Source: Candidatus Berkelbacteria bacterium | Lineage (GTDB): Bacteria; Patescibacteriota; UBA1384; 2-12-FULL-50-11 | Assembly (NCBI GenBank): GCA_016432625.1 | Contig: CP066697.1 | Coordinates: forward strand, 522,561 to 586,560 | Reading direction: 5' to 3' | DNA length: 64,000 bases | Shown here: positions 50,650 to 59,905 of the stretch, one piece after another | Layout: each line of letters opens with the position of its first letter | How positions within the stretch are numbered: position 1 is the first letter of the stretch | Notes under the pieces: model-generated | Seen by the model: the letters and a program-made list of their open reading frames with translations, nothing else | The model's database searches: none | Told to the model about the DNA's origin: nothing | Position numbers and translations under genes: made by a program

Positions 50650-52323
50650 ATGCAATTACAGAGGGGATTATTAATTTGGCTAGTGGTTTTGGGGTTATTT
50701 GCTCTTTTGCTGCCCCAACCCGTTTCGGCATCAGGACGTTTAACAGTAACGGCCGGTTCGATAAAAACCGATATAAATAAAACATTCACCGTAAATGTGA
50801 ACCTAAGCAGCGACGAAGCCGTTAACTCGGCCAGCGGCCAGGTTATCTTTCCAGGGTCGTTGCTACAAGCTACAGCAGTGAGTCAGAGCGGTTCGATATT
50901 TAGCCTTTGGCCAGAACCGCCCAGCATTAACGGCGAGAGCATCAATTTTGCTGGCGGAATGCCAAGCCCTGGCTATACTGGCACTGGCAAGCTATTCAGC
51001 ATCACTTTTAAGGCCAAAGCGGCCGGCACGGCCAATATTAGCATCGCTAACGGTAAAACGCTGGCCAACAACGCTAGCGCCACAAACGTCTACGCCGGCA
51101 GTAGCGGTTCGGTGGTCACCATCAGCAAACCCGTAACCCCGCTCACCATTTCTTCCTCAACCCATCCCGACCAGGGTAAGTGGTATAAGGATAAATCGGT
51201 TAGCTTATCCTGGAATAAGCCCTCAGGGGCGACGAGTTTTAGCTATAGCTTTGGCACTAAGTCAGGCACGACTAAAGAGAGTTCAATCAGCTTCCCTGAT
51301 ACACCTGAAGGAAAATGGACGTTCGATCTCTCAACTCACGCAACGGACGGCGACCTGCAGGCCAGTTACGCGGTCCAGATCGACTTAACGCCACCTGTCG
51401 AATTCCCAGTTAAAGTGGTCCAGAGCGGCGGCAACACTGATCCTTTCCCCGTACTGTCATACGAGGCGACTGACGCTCTCTCCGGAATCGACCACTACGA
51501 GATCATTATTGACGCGAGCGAACCACTTAGCATAGCTGAGTCTTCAACGAAGCTAGCGCGGCAACAACCAGGCACCCATCACTTCAAGGTACGTGCCTTC
51601 GATAAGGCAGGTAACGTCACTGAAGTGTTAGGACAATTTGAGGTTCAAGGGTTTCCAGGGCCAGTTATAACTGAATACCCACACTTCGTATCTGTCTTGC
51701 AGCCTATAGTGTTCAAAGGCACGGCATTGTTAGGATCGAAGGTGAAACTCTACGTCGAAGGCAAGGAGATCGCCGAGTTTGTAGTTCGGGAGAGCCTAAC
51801 GGATAGCCAACGTCAGCTAATTAACCTCCAAGAGGCGCCAGACGACCAAGTGGTTGAGTGGACGTATACGTACAAGGGAGTGCTGTTCCCCGGTAAGCAC
51901 TTATTTTATGCCATCCAAGTAAAGGCGGACACCTCTGAGAGTAACCGCTCGAACGAGGCAGCCGTGACGGTTCTGTCAGGCTCGGTAGTGCTAGGTTCAA
52001 TTACCCTTCCCATGGCGCTCATAGCGATCTTGTTATTGATCATACTGTTAGGAGCCACTCCTTTCTTTTTCTTCATCTGGAAACGAGCCAAACGTCGTTT
52101 CGCTAGCGTGGCTGAGCGTATGCGGCAAACTCGCCATCAGATCGACAAAGAGTTTGCAGATCTTGAGCGCGACATCGACAAAGACCTTCATAAAGCGGAG
52201 ATCGGCGGTGCGGTCTTCCGTCAGGTTGAGGCGGATATTGAAGACAGTAAGAAGGCCGTCGACCAGAAGTTAGATAGTATCACTAAGAATAGTTCGATCC
52301 CTCCAGAAAAAAGTGGCGACTAA
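50650..52323 (+). CDS. Cohesin plus Ig/FN3-like surface protein with C-terminal TM
   Basis: VNSASGQVIFP, SIFSLWP, AGGMPSPG, ITFKAKAAG; SSTHPDQ..WY; DALSGIDHYE, VRAFDKAGN; TM and coiled coil. Confidence 0.72.
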   Translation: MQLQRGLLIWLVVLGLFALLLPQPVSASGRLTVTAGSIKTDINKTFTVNVNLSSDEAVNSASGQVIFPGSLLQATAVSQSGSIFSLWPEPPSINGESINFAGGMPSPGYTGTGKLFSITFKAKAAGTANISIANGKTLANNASATNVYAGSSGSVVTISKPVTPLTISSSTHPDQGKWYKDKSVSLSWNKPSGATSFSYSFGTKSGTTKESSISFPDTPEGKWTFDLSTHATDGDLQASYAVQIDLTPPVEFPVKVVQSGGNTDPFPVLSYEATDALSGIDHYEIIIDASEPLSIAESSTKLARQQPGTHHFKVRAFDKAGNVTEVLGQFEVQGFPGPVITEYPHFVSVLQPIVFKGTALLGSKVKLYVEGKEIAEFVVRESLTDSQRQLINLQEAPDDQVVEWTYTYKGVLFPGKHLFYAIQVKADTSESNRSNEAAVTVLSGSVVLGSITLPMALIAILLLIILLGATPFFFFIWKRAKRRFASVAERMRQTRHQIDKEFADLERDIDKDLHKAEIGGAVFRQVEADIEDSKKAVDQKLDSITKNSSIPPEKSGD

Positions 52324-53441
52324 CGGCTTAACGCGATAAGGCCCGGTAAGTTGGTACCGCTCAAGTACTCTAGGGTAGCTGATCCGCCAGTTGAGATAAA
52401 CGAGAAGAGTCTGCCGAGATTAGCGTCGTTAACGAAGCTGACAGTGTCTCCGCCACCAACAACGGTCGTGGCGCCGTCGTGAGTGACAGCGTGAGCGATC
52501 TCTAGCGAGCCCTGGCGATATTTCGCATCTTCAACCTTACCAAGCGGGCCGCTCCAAAAGATAGTCCGCGCGGGGTTAAGATGTTTCTTGAAAAGCTGAC
52601 GCGTCTCCGGGCCGATATCGACGATCGATTTACCTTGCCAGACATAATCAATCGGCAAGATCAACTTACCTTTGCCTAGTTTCAGAATCTCCTTGGCAGT
52701 TTCGAGACCTTCAAGATCGATGACAGAGTCCTTGACGTTAATCCCTGAGGCCTTGAGAAGTGTGTTAGCCACGCCGCCGCCGACCAGGATCCAATCAGCC
52801 TTATGAATGAACTGTTTAATTGTTGGCATTTTGTCGCTAATTTTGACCCCGCCGACAATCGTGACATAAGGCCGAGCTGGGTTCTTCATCAGGCTGTAGA
52901 GGACCTGAACCTCACGCTCGAGTAATAAGCCGCCGTAGCACGGCAGGAGCCCCGCAAGCGCCACGATCGAGGCGCTCTCCCGATGCGAAACGCCAAAAGC
53001 GTCGTTGACGTAAAGGTCGCCGTATCGGGCAAGTTTGGACGCAAAGGTTCGTGAGTTTTTTATCTCACCTGGGTCGAAGCGCAGGTTCTCTAGCGCCATA
53101 ATTTCGCCGGGCTTAAGCGCTTCAACCATACGCTGGGTATCAGCGCCGAAGAGTGACGGTGCGAATTTAATCGGCCGCCTAAGTAGATCCGACAAGTGAG
53201 CATAAATGGGCTCTAAGCTATTCTTTTTTTCTACCACGCCACTCTCGTCCTGGTGGCCTAGGTGGGACAATAAAACCACGGATGCGCCGTAATCTAACAG
53301 GTAGTGGATTGTGGGCATAACCTGGCGCAAGCGAAAGTCGTCCTGGACAATTGGGCGTTTCTTCAAATCATACGGCACGTCAGCGACTATACGAAGCAAA
53401 ACGCGACGGCCTGAGAGCGGGGCGTCTTCAAGAAAATGCAT
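52320..53441 (-). CDS. pgk: Phosphoglycerate kinase (divergent)
   Basis: SHLG, LENLRF, NDAFGVSHR, DIGPET, GGGDT, STGG; likely start ATG at 53441. Confidence 0.92.
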   Translation of the reverse strand: MHFLEDAPLSGRRVLLRIVADVPYDLKKRPIVQDDFRLRQVMPTIHYLLDYGASVVLLSHLGHQDESGVVEKKNSLEPIYAHLSDLLRRPIKFAPSLFGADTQRMVEALKPGEIMALENLRFDPGEIKNSRTFASKLARYGDLYVNDAFGVSHRESASIVALAGLLPCYGGLLLEREVQVLYSLMKNPARPYVTIVGGVKISDKMPTIKQFIHKADWILVGGGVANTLLKASGINVKDSVIDLEGLETAKEILKLGKGKLILPIDYVWQGKSIVDIGPETRQLFKKHLNPARTIFWSGPLGKVEDAKYRQGSLEIAHAVTHDGATTVVGGGDTVSFVNDANLGRLFSFISTGGSATLEYLSGTNLPGLIALSR

Positions 53442-53510
53442 AGTTCCAATATACCCGAGTCTAACCAATTGCTGCCAGCTTAAGCTCGGGCGGTGTTACA
53501 ATGGTTTAAG

Positions 53511-54473
53511 ATGTTTAAGACCCTTTTTGGCTTGTTGCTGGTAGCTCTTATCTTCACTTCCAGCCTCGGCTTTACCGTTAATAAAGTCAAAAATCCGGAA
53601 TTTATCAATCACCAGGTTCGAGAGGTCAATCTTTACGGTCGTCTTAGCGCTAACCTACCAAATATTCTACCTGACGAGCTATTTAGCAGCTCTCCATTTG
53701 CCCGCGAAGATTTTGCCGATATTCTGACAAGCGCCGTCGATAGCCAGACTTTTTACGCCTTTACCGATAAGGCGTCAGTTGCCTACCTTAACTGGCTTAC
53801 GGGGGAGACCACCAACTTAGACTTCAGTTACGACTTAGCGTCATTCAAGGTTAAGGCTAGAGAGAAGGCTGTCGACCGGCTATTGAGCAAATATGACAAT
53901 CTCCCGACGTGCAATGACAAGCAAATAAAGGCTTGGGGTACGACCGAGGGATTGCCGTCTTGTAAATTGCCCTCCGACAACGTTCGTTCAAACGACATCG
54001 CGGGTTTACTCGGTAATCAGGTCGATACTGTCCTCGCCACATTACCAAACGAGCTGTCGGCCAAGGAGAGCCCAGCACTTGTTGATGTACGTCAAAATGT
54101 CATTAACGTCTTACGGTTCGTAAAATTGGTCTGGGGCATCACAATTGCCATATTGTTGCTTTATCTGGTTGTTTGGCGACGGCGAGCATTTTTGAGCTTA
54201 GCGTTTATCTTCTTGCTGACTGGTTTAATCGAAGCGGCGTTTAGTCTTATTGCCTGGGACTGGGTTGGGCGAATCGTTATCGATCTATTGCCGAGTAATA
54301 GCAGTCCATTTTTGCCACTCATCGTGGACGTAACTACGGCTGTTCTTGAGGTTCTAAAGCGCAGCCTATCCAGCCTTAGTATTGTCCTACTCGTGATAGG
54401 CGCTGCATTTTTACTACTCTGGATTTTTTACAGACCTCGAGCCGATCACTCTTCAGTGGTAACGACGAAGTAA
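53511..54473 (+). CDS. Hypothetical membrane protein
   Basis: N-terminal TM, extracellular domain with a Cys pair, three C-terminal TM helices. Confidence 0.7.
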   Translation: MFKTLFGLLLVALIFTSSLGFTVNKVKNPEFINHQVREVNLYGRLSANLPNILPDELFSSSPFAREDFADILTSAVDSQTFYAFTDKASVAYLNWLTGETTNLDFSYDLASFKVKAREKAVDRLLSKYDNLPTCNDKQIKAWGTTEGLPSCKLPSDNVRSNDIAGLLGNQVDTVLATLPNELSAKESPALVDVRQNVINVLRFVKLVWGITIAILLLYLVVWRRRAFLSLAFIFLLTGLIEAAFSLIAWDWVGRIVIDLLPSNSSPFLPLIVDVTTAVLEVLKRSLSSLSIVLLVIGAAFLLLWIFYRPRADHSSVVTTK

Positions 54474-55397
54474 GTTACGCCAAAAGGCTAGATCAAGGCC
54501 GATAATCGTCTTGGCTCTCAGACCTGTATTTTGCGAGCTACCAACAATGGTCAATGCTCCGTTATTTCCCGATAAGCCTAAGGCTGCCCCTTCAAGCTCT
54601 AAGGGCCTCAATGCTTCATTCTCAACCAGGCGGGCAATTTGGGAAGAAAAAAGCTTGGCCCGTGTTTGCTCAGCACGCCAGAGATTAGTCGAGGCATCCC
54701 CGCTTCGGACTAGAACATCGCGATAACCCTTAGCAAGAGCCTTGGCGTCACTGACGACGCAGTCGAGCCGATCAATATGGGCTCCTTTTAGTTTATTCGG
54801 TGAGACTACTGGGCTGCAGGGAGCGACCGTAATCCCTGGATCCTTAGACCTACCAAGCATCAGGCCATTACCTTTCAGGAAATCATTCAGTGCCTTATTT
54901 TGGGTAGGCGGAATCGTGAGGGCCACATCCTGAATGTGTTGTTTGCCAAGCCAACCCTTTATCAATAGAGCTAACTGCCAGGTGGAGGCGTCCTCGCCCT
55001 GAAAATTGATTGCGGCGCGACTCTTTGGCTTACTCTTAACGGCTAGAATTAGTTTATGAATCGATGCTTCAATCCGGCTAAGTTCCTCCGATGTAAAGTG
55101 CGGTGCTTGGTCGACGACAAGAATGTCGTAAGGCAAGATCTCTTTCGTAGTCGTAAGGCGCTTCTCACGCAGCGACACCGATTTAACAGCCTCCGCGCGG
55201 AGTGCGACGTGACGCAATGCCGAACGTTTATTGATCGTTTTCCAAGCGGTGCCACTTCGATGATCAAGTAAGTTCGCTAACCTGTCTTCCCTAGTGAGCA
55301 ACTTAATGTCGACATGAGCGTGCCGTGCCACGTCTTGGTCAAGCTCCCGGGCAAGAAGAAAGGCAAACGGCGAATCGCCAATAATGGCAATATTCAT
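54453..55397 (-). CDS. Degenerate NAD(P)/FAD-dependent oxidoreductase-like protein (NDH-2-like)
   Basis: Rossmann-like start MNIAIIG, LPYDILVV, GD; GxGxxG absent. Confidence 0.5.
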   Translation of the reverse strand: MNIAIIGDSPFAFLLARELDQDVARHAHVDIKLLTREDRLANLLDHRSGTAWKTINKRSALRHVALRAEAVKSVSLREKRLTTTKEILPYDILVVDQAPHFTSEELSRIEASIHKLILAVKSKPKSRAAINFQGEDASTWQLALLIKGWLGKQHIQDVALTIPPTQNKALNDFLKGNGLMLGRSKDPGITVAPCSPVVSPNKLKGAHIDRLDCVVSDAKALAKGYRDVLVRSGDASTNLWRAEQTRAKLFSSQIARLVENEALRPLELEGAALGLSGNNGALTIVGSSQNTGLRAKTIIGLDLAFWRNLLRRYH

Positions 55398-56374
55398 CCG
55401 AGCGATCTCACTTTAACCCTCTCGGCATCATGCATAATCGCTTCATAGTCTAATAGACCCCGGGTAGCTCCGACTTCGCCTATAGCGGCAGCTGAGGAGG
55501 CAATCCCACAGCCCAGTGAGCGACGCAGTAGGGCCCCCTGGCTGGCAAGTTCCATTGGCGATAAGTAGCTCGCCAGAAATCCGGTAGTGAAGGCGTCGCC
55601 AGCGCCGGTAGCATCGATCCTTTCGTGCTGTGTCACCAGCGCCGGAGCGCTCAGTATTACCTCATCATCGGCAACGTATGCTCCGCGCTCTCCGTCAGTG
55701 ATACAAATAGTTTTCGGACCCATCCGTCTCAAGGACGAGAGCAGCTCTTCAACTGGTGTACGCTGAGGCAGTCGCGTCAGGACTATAGCTTCATGAAGAT
55801 TGACAAATAAGATCGTCACCGTCTTGAGTAGCGACAACAGACCACGAGAGCGTTCCTCAAGGCTTTCAATACTTGGGTTGAAACTTATGCCTTGGCCGCT
55901 CTTTACCTGATGAGGCTGAACGATTGAACTAAGCTTGTCTAAATCGCCGTGGAACGGACCAAGGTGGAGCCAGTCCTCCTCTGGCAGCACCTTTGGACAA
56001 CTGCTCGGAAAATTGCGAGCTGTAACAATAGTCCTTTCTCCACCAGCGCGTAGGATCACAGAGATTGGAGTTTGGGTCATGCTTTCACCTTCATCAACAC
56101 TGATATCGTTGGACCCTAGGAATGTTCGCAGGAAGTCACCAAAGACATCCGTCGCTAGCCCAGTATGAAACCAAACCTTGTAACCGGCCCGATGCATACC
56201 TACAGCGACGTTATTTCCCGAGCCGCCAGCGTCAAGAGCGTAACCTTCCGTTGAGAGTTTTTCACCAAACGGTAGCTCAAGTTTCTGCTGTTGTTGGTAA
56301 CGATGGATAAACTGACGCGGCAGGGCAAAACTAAGATCGATTAAGCTATCGCCAACGACGTTGATTCTGTTCAT
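55394..56374 (-). CDS. PfkB family carbohydrate kinase
   Basis: GGSGNNVAVG, ITDGERGA, DATGAGDAF. Confidence 0.92.
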   Translation of the reverse strand: MNRINVVGDSLIDLSFALPRQFIHRYQQQQKLELPFGEKLSTEGYALDAGGSGNNVAVGMHRAGYKVWFHTGLATDVFGDFLRTFLGSNDISVDEGESMTQTPISVILRAGGERTIVTARNFPSSCPKVLPEEDWLHLGPFHGDLDKLSSIVQPHQVKSGQGISFNPSIESLEERSRGLLSLLKTVTILFVNLHEAIVLTRLPQRTPVEELLSSLRRMGPKTICITDGERGAYVADDEVILSAPALVTQHERIDATGAGDAFTTGFLASYLSPMELASQGALLRRSLGCGIASSAAAIGEVGATRGLLDYEAIMHDAERVKVRSLG

Positions 56375-57159
56375 GCTCGGCGGGCGGCCAACTCACAAAT
56401 AGCAATAAAATCAGCTGCCTTAACAGACACCGCGCCAGCTAGTATTCCATCAATGCCCTCTTGTCGAAGATAATCCGCTGCGTCGTCTTTGCTAACACTG
56501 CCGCCGTAAAGAATTGGCACCTCTGCGGCCCGACTAACGCCGTACTTCTCCCCAAGCCGAGCTCTGAGCCGTCGAATTACCTCCGCAGCGTATTCAGGAC
56601 GAGCTGGGTTATGGCTAGTAGCGCTGCTAATCGCCCAGAGCGGCTCGTAAGCAATCAGGATTCGGCCAAGATCGTCGTCTTTAACGCCGTGTAGTGACTC
56701 CATCATCTCGTTTTCGACTTTTTGCCACTGATAAGTATCAACCCGTCCCGTCGAATCAATAATCCGCTTCGCTTCTCCGACACAGACAATCGGCCTAAGT
56801 CGCCAACGTAAACAGGCTTGAACCTTTTCTCGAACCAAATCGTCGTCCTCGTGGGCATGCAGTCGGCGCTCCGAGTGACCAATAAGCGCATATTTAACTA
56901 AATCCTTAGCCATATAGGCCGACATTTCTCCGGTGTAAGCCCCCTGATCCTCCGGCCAGATATTTTGGGCGGCGAAATGGACATGGCTTAAAGGGTGGCG
57001 CCACGCCTCAACAACTGGCACTAACCACGCATTCGGCGGCGCCAAGACAACCTCAACACCTTTGAGGGACTCAAGACGACGTTTCAAGGTTGCAGCTAGT
57101 ACTAAGCTATCGCTCAACGTCGGATACAGTTTCCAGTTACCCACAATATATGGTCTCAT
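56371..57159 (-). CDS. tpiA: Triosephosphate isomerase
   Basis: GNWK, GAYTGE, GHSERR, AYEPLWAI, YGGSV. Confidence 0.95.
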   Translation of the reverse strand: MRPYIVGNWKLYPTLSDSLVLAATLKRRLESLKGVEVVLAPPNAWLVPVVEAWRHPLSHVHFAAQNIWPEDQGAYTGEMSAYMAKDLVKYALIGHSERRLHAHEDDDLVREKVQACLRWRLRPIVCVGEAKRIIDSTGRVDTYQWQKVENEMMESLHGVKDDDLGRILIAYEPLWAISSATSHNPARPEYAAEVIRRLRARLGEKYGVSRAAEVPILYGGSVSKDDAADYLRQEGIDGILAGAVSVKAADFIAICELAARRA

Positions 57160-57193
57160 GCCCTCCTTAGCTCTAGGTTACCGAGAAATAGAG

Positions 57194-57228
57194 CAAGAAA
57201 AAAGCCCTGATGACTCAGGGCTCTTCTC
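57194..57228 (-). terminator. Intrinsic terminator
   Basis: AGCCCTGA/TCAGGGCT stem with U-run on the minus strand. Confidence 0.7.
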
Positions 57229-57246
57229 TCACTATCGATGTCTTAC

Positions 57247-57423
57247 TTAAGCTTCAGTAGCTGGCGCTGCTTCTTCGTCAGTTGCAGTAGCGTCGTCTTC
57301 CTCTGGCTTGGCGGGCTCTTCCGTCATAGGATCGGCACCTTCAGGTGTTACTTCAGCCGGAGTTTCTCCCGTTTCTTCTTCTTCACCTGCTACTGGCGTG
57401 GTCATATCTCCTTCTTCAGACAT
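57247..57423 (-). CDS. Small acidic low-complexity protein (58 aa)
   Basis: AAGGAGG RBS, MSEEGDMTTP...AAPATEA, own promoter and terminator. Confidence 0.7.
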   Translation of the reverse strand: MSEEGDMTTPVAGEEEETGETPAEVTPEGADPMTEEPAKPEEDDATATDEEAAPATEA

Positions 57424-57584
57424 AACTAACCTCCTTGCTCCTAACCCCGCACACTGGTTATTCACACTCCCGCTGTCTAAAACTGACGGCGAGGACGTAC
57501 GGGGCTGCCTCTTGGGCGCTATTCTTACCCCAAGCCTAACAGTAGAATAACTGGTTGGTCAATATCTATTTCACAGGCACCGCG

Positions 57585-58814
57585 CTAGCGCGAAAGTTCC
57601 GCTTTGAGTTTTTCGACTAACTCATCCTTAGCAACCAGCTGAATCTTGCCGCTAAGACGGTTTTTAAGCTCTACTTTGCCCTCCTGAGCAGTTTTTTGAC
57701 TATGGAGAACTCGGAATGGAACGCCGATTAAATCGCTCTCCACGAGCTTAATTCCGGGCGCCTCGTCGCGGTCGTCGTATAACACGTCAACGCCCGAGGC
57801 ACCTAATTCTTTATAGAGCTGTTCGCCTACCTTGCCTTCGCTGGCTAGATCTACCAGAACCACCTGAAACGGGGCAACCTGCAGGGGTAGTTTCAATCCG
57901 TGCTCGTCGTTGTTCAGCTCGGCGAGAATGCCCAGTAGGCGGGTGATGCCGATCCCGTAGCTACCCATGTATATAGAGCGTCGTTTCCCGGACGAATCAA
58001 GAAACTTGAAATCGAAGGCGTCCGGATATTTGGTGCCGAGATGAAAGATGTTGCCGACTTCAACCGCCTTGACGCGCTCTAAGCCCTTGAGCTGATGCTT
58101 AGGAACGCTGCCTTCCACTTCTTTGTTGAAACCAGTCTTGGTTTTGTGATCAAGTAGTACTTCGTCCTCTCCTGTTGGGCAGATAACCTGAAACTCGTCC
58201 GAAAACTCACTACTGAAAACTCCGCCGCTTGCTTTAACGCGATAGGCTTCGAGCCCGAGGCGTTCAAAAACCTTTAGGTAGGAAGCGGCAGACTGCTCAT
58301 AGAACTTGTCGTGAGCCTTTTCGTCTTCATGGAAACTGTAGAGATCTTTCATGCGGAACTCTCGTCCGCGCAATAATCCTGACTTTGGTCGTAATTCTTT
58401 GCGGAATTTGGTCTGGAACTGGTACAGCACCACCGGGAGATCGCGGTAAGATTGAACTTTCTCTTTGACGACGAGCGCCATCGGCTCCTCGTGTGTCGCC
58501 CCAAAGGTCATACCAGCCTCTTCGTCCTGATAAACGATCTGCCTGAAGTTAGGGTCGTCCCAGCGGCCAGACTTTTCCCAGGTTTCTTTAGGTTGCAAAG
58601 CAGTAAAAATAACCTCTGAACCACCGAGAGCATCCATCTCTTCGCGGATGATCTGCTCGATCTTATGGATCGACCGCACGGCAAGTGGTAGTAGCGCGTA
58701 GGCCCCGGCGGTAATTTGTGAGATATACCCTGCTCTAGTTAATAAATAGGCGTTAATGCTTTCTTGTTTGGCGACGTCACGCCGCGTGGGGATGTAAAAT
58801 TGGCTGCGGCGCAT
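57585..58814 (-). CDS. proS: Proline--tRNA ligase, short form without editing insertion
   Basis: ATHEE, FRKELRPKSGLLRGREF, EVGNIF, MGSYGIG, anticodon-binding domain. Confidence 0.96.
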   Translation of the reverse strand: MRRSQFYIPTRRDVAKQESINAYLLTRAGYISQITAGAYALLPLAVRSIHKIEQIIREEMDALGGSEVIFTALQPKETWEKSGRWDDPNFRQIVYQDEEAGMTFGATHEEPMALVVKEKVQSYRDLPVVLYQFQTKFRKELRPKSGLLRGREFRMKDLYSFHEDEKAHDKFYEQSAASYLKVFERLGLEAYRVKASGGVFSSEFSDEFQVICPTGEDEVLLDHKTKTGFNKEVEGSVPKHQLKGLERVKAVEVGNIFHLGTKYPDAFDFKFLDSSGKRRSIYMGSYGIGITRLLGILAELNNDEHGLKLPLQVAPFQVVLVDLASEGKVGEQLYKELGASGVDVLYDDRDEAPGIKLVESDLIGVPFRVLHSQKTAQEGKVELKNRLSGKIQLVAKDELVEKLKAELSR

Positions 58815-59905
58815 TAGAAAAAGCGCCCCAATATATCGAACCTGACAATATCTTTATAGGTCACCACCACGAATAGTAATAAGACTAACGCGAGACCAAC
58901 TGTCGCTAACGCTCCAAGCTGACGATCGCTCATCGGCCGGCCGGCTAGTTTCTCATAACCTAGGGCCGCAATATGACCGCCGTCAAGCGGCAGTAACGGC
59001 ACAAGATTAATTACCCCGAGACCTATAGAAACTACCGCGACGAGCTGGACGAGGTAATCGAAGCCTAAGCGCCGCGTTACACCAGTTAAAGCACCGATAC
59101 CAATAATACCGGTAACGTCCTCTGAGACCTTGCCACGGATAAAAAGGTTTTTCGCAAAATTGCCGATACCTTGAGCTGAGACGCCGATAATCCTGCCAGT
59201 CTCGTAAAAACCTGCTACGGGCGCCATAAGCACCGAGGAGCGCACTTGGCCAGTTGATCTAATCGCTACGCCCAGCATACCTTGGCCAGGCGGCGGATTT
59301 TCTCGAGGAGTCAAGGTAACGAGCTGCTGCTCGCCGTTTCGGTCCAAAGTCAGTACCAATTCCTTACCGCGCTTATTGTTAACTAAAGCAACAAATTCCT
59401 GGTCGCTAGCAACTGCTTGACCGTCAACTTTTGTAATTGTGTCGCCGGCAAGTATCCCGGCTGATGATGCTGGCGTTCCTTCCACCACCCTAACCACCCC
59501 CACCTGTTGGGTGGCAGTGACAAACGGGTTATTACCGACCCCAGGCATTAATGGGTCAAAACCAGTCATGAAAAGACCGGTCAGAATCAGCCAGGCAAGT
59601 ACCAAATTCATCAAAGCGCCCGCGACTAATACTTGAAAGCGCTGGAAGATGCTTTTGGATCGAAACGACTGCGGGCCTTTCTCCCCGTCACCTTCACCAT
59701 ACAATTTGACGTAGCCCCCGAGAGGAATAAGGTTTACTGCGTACTCTGTTTCACCAATTTTTTTGAAGAATAAGCGGGGGCGAAAACCAAAAGCAAATTC
59801 CAGCACTTTAACGCCATTTAGTTTAGCGAGTAGAAAATGGCCAAATTCGTGAACATAAACTAAGACGCTTAAGATTACGAGAAAAACTATCAACGTCGTT
59901 GCCAT
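58814..59905 (-). CDS. rseP: RIP metalloprotease (M50) with PDZ domain
   Basis: HEFGH, IPLGGYV, NLVPLLPLDGG. Confidence 0.93.
   Translation of the reverse strand: MATTLIVFLVILSVLVYVHEFGHFLLAKLNGVKVLEFAFGFRPRLFFKKIGETEYAVNLIPLGGYVKLYGEGDGEKGPQSFRSKSIFQRFQVLVAGALMNLVLAWLILTGLFMTGFDPLMPGVGNNPFVTATQQVGVVRVVEGTPASSAGILAGDTITKVDGQAVASDQEFVALVNNKRGKELVLTLDRNGEQQLVTLTPRENPPPGQGMLGVAIRSTGQVRSSVLMAPVAGFYETGRIIGVSAQGIGNFAKNLFIRGKVSEDVTGIIGIGALTGVTRRLGFDYLVQLVAVVSIGLGVINLVPLLPLDGGHIAALGYEKLAGRPMSDRQLGALATVGLALVLLLFVVVTYKDIVRFDILGRFF

Noticed and set aside
20335-52091. Many antisense and alternate-frame ORFs over the surface locus
   Set aside because: Shadows of Thr/Gly/Asn-rich coding sequence, with no independent motifs or starts.
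20315-52323. Diversity-generating retroelement acting on the adhesins
   Set aside because: No reverse transcriptase in the window, and repeat differences look synonymous rather than adenine-specific.
48863-52323. A true cellulosome
   Set aside because: No dockerin-bearing glycoside hydrolase and no multi-cohesin scaffoldin in the window.
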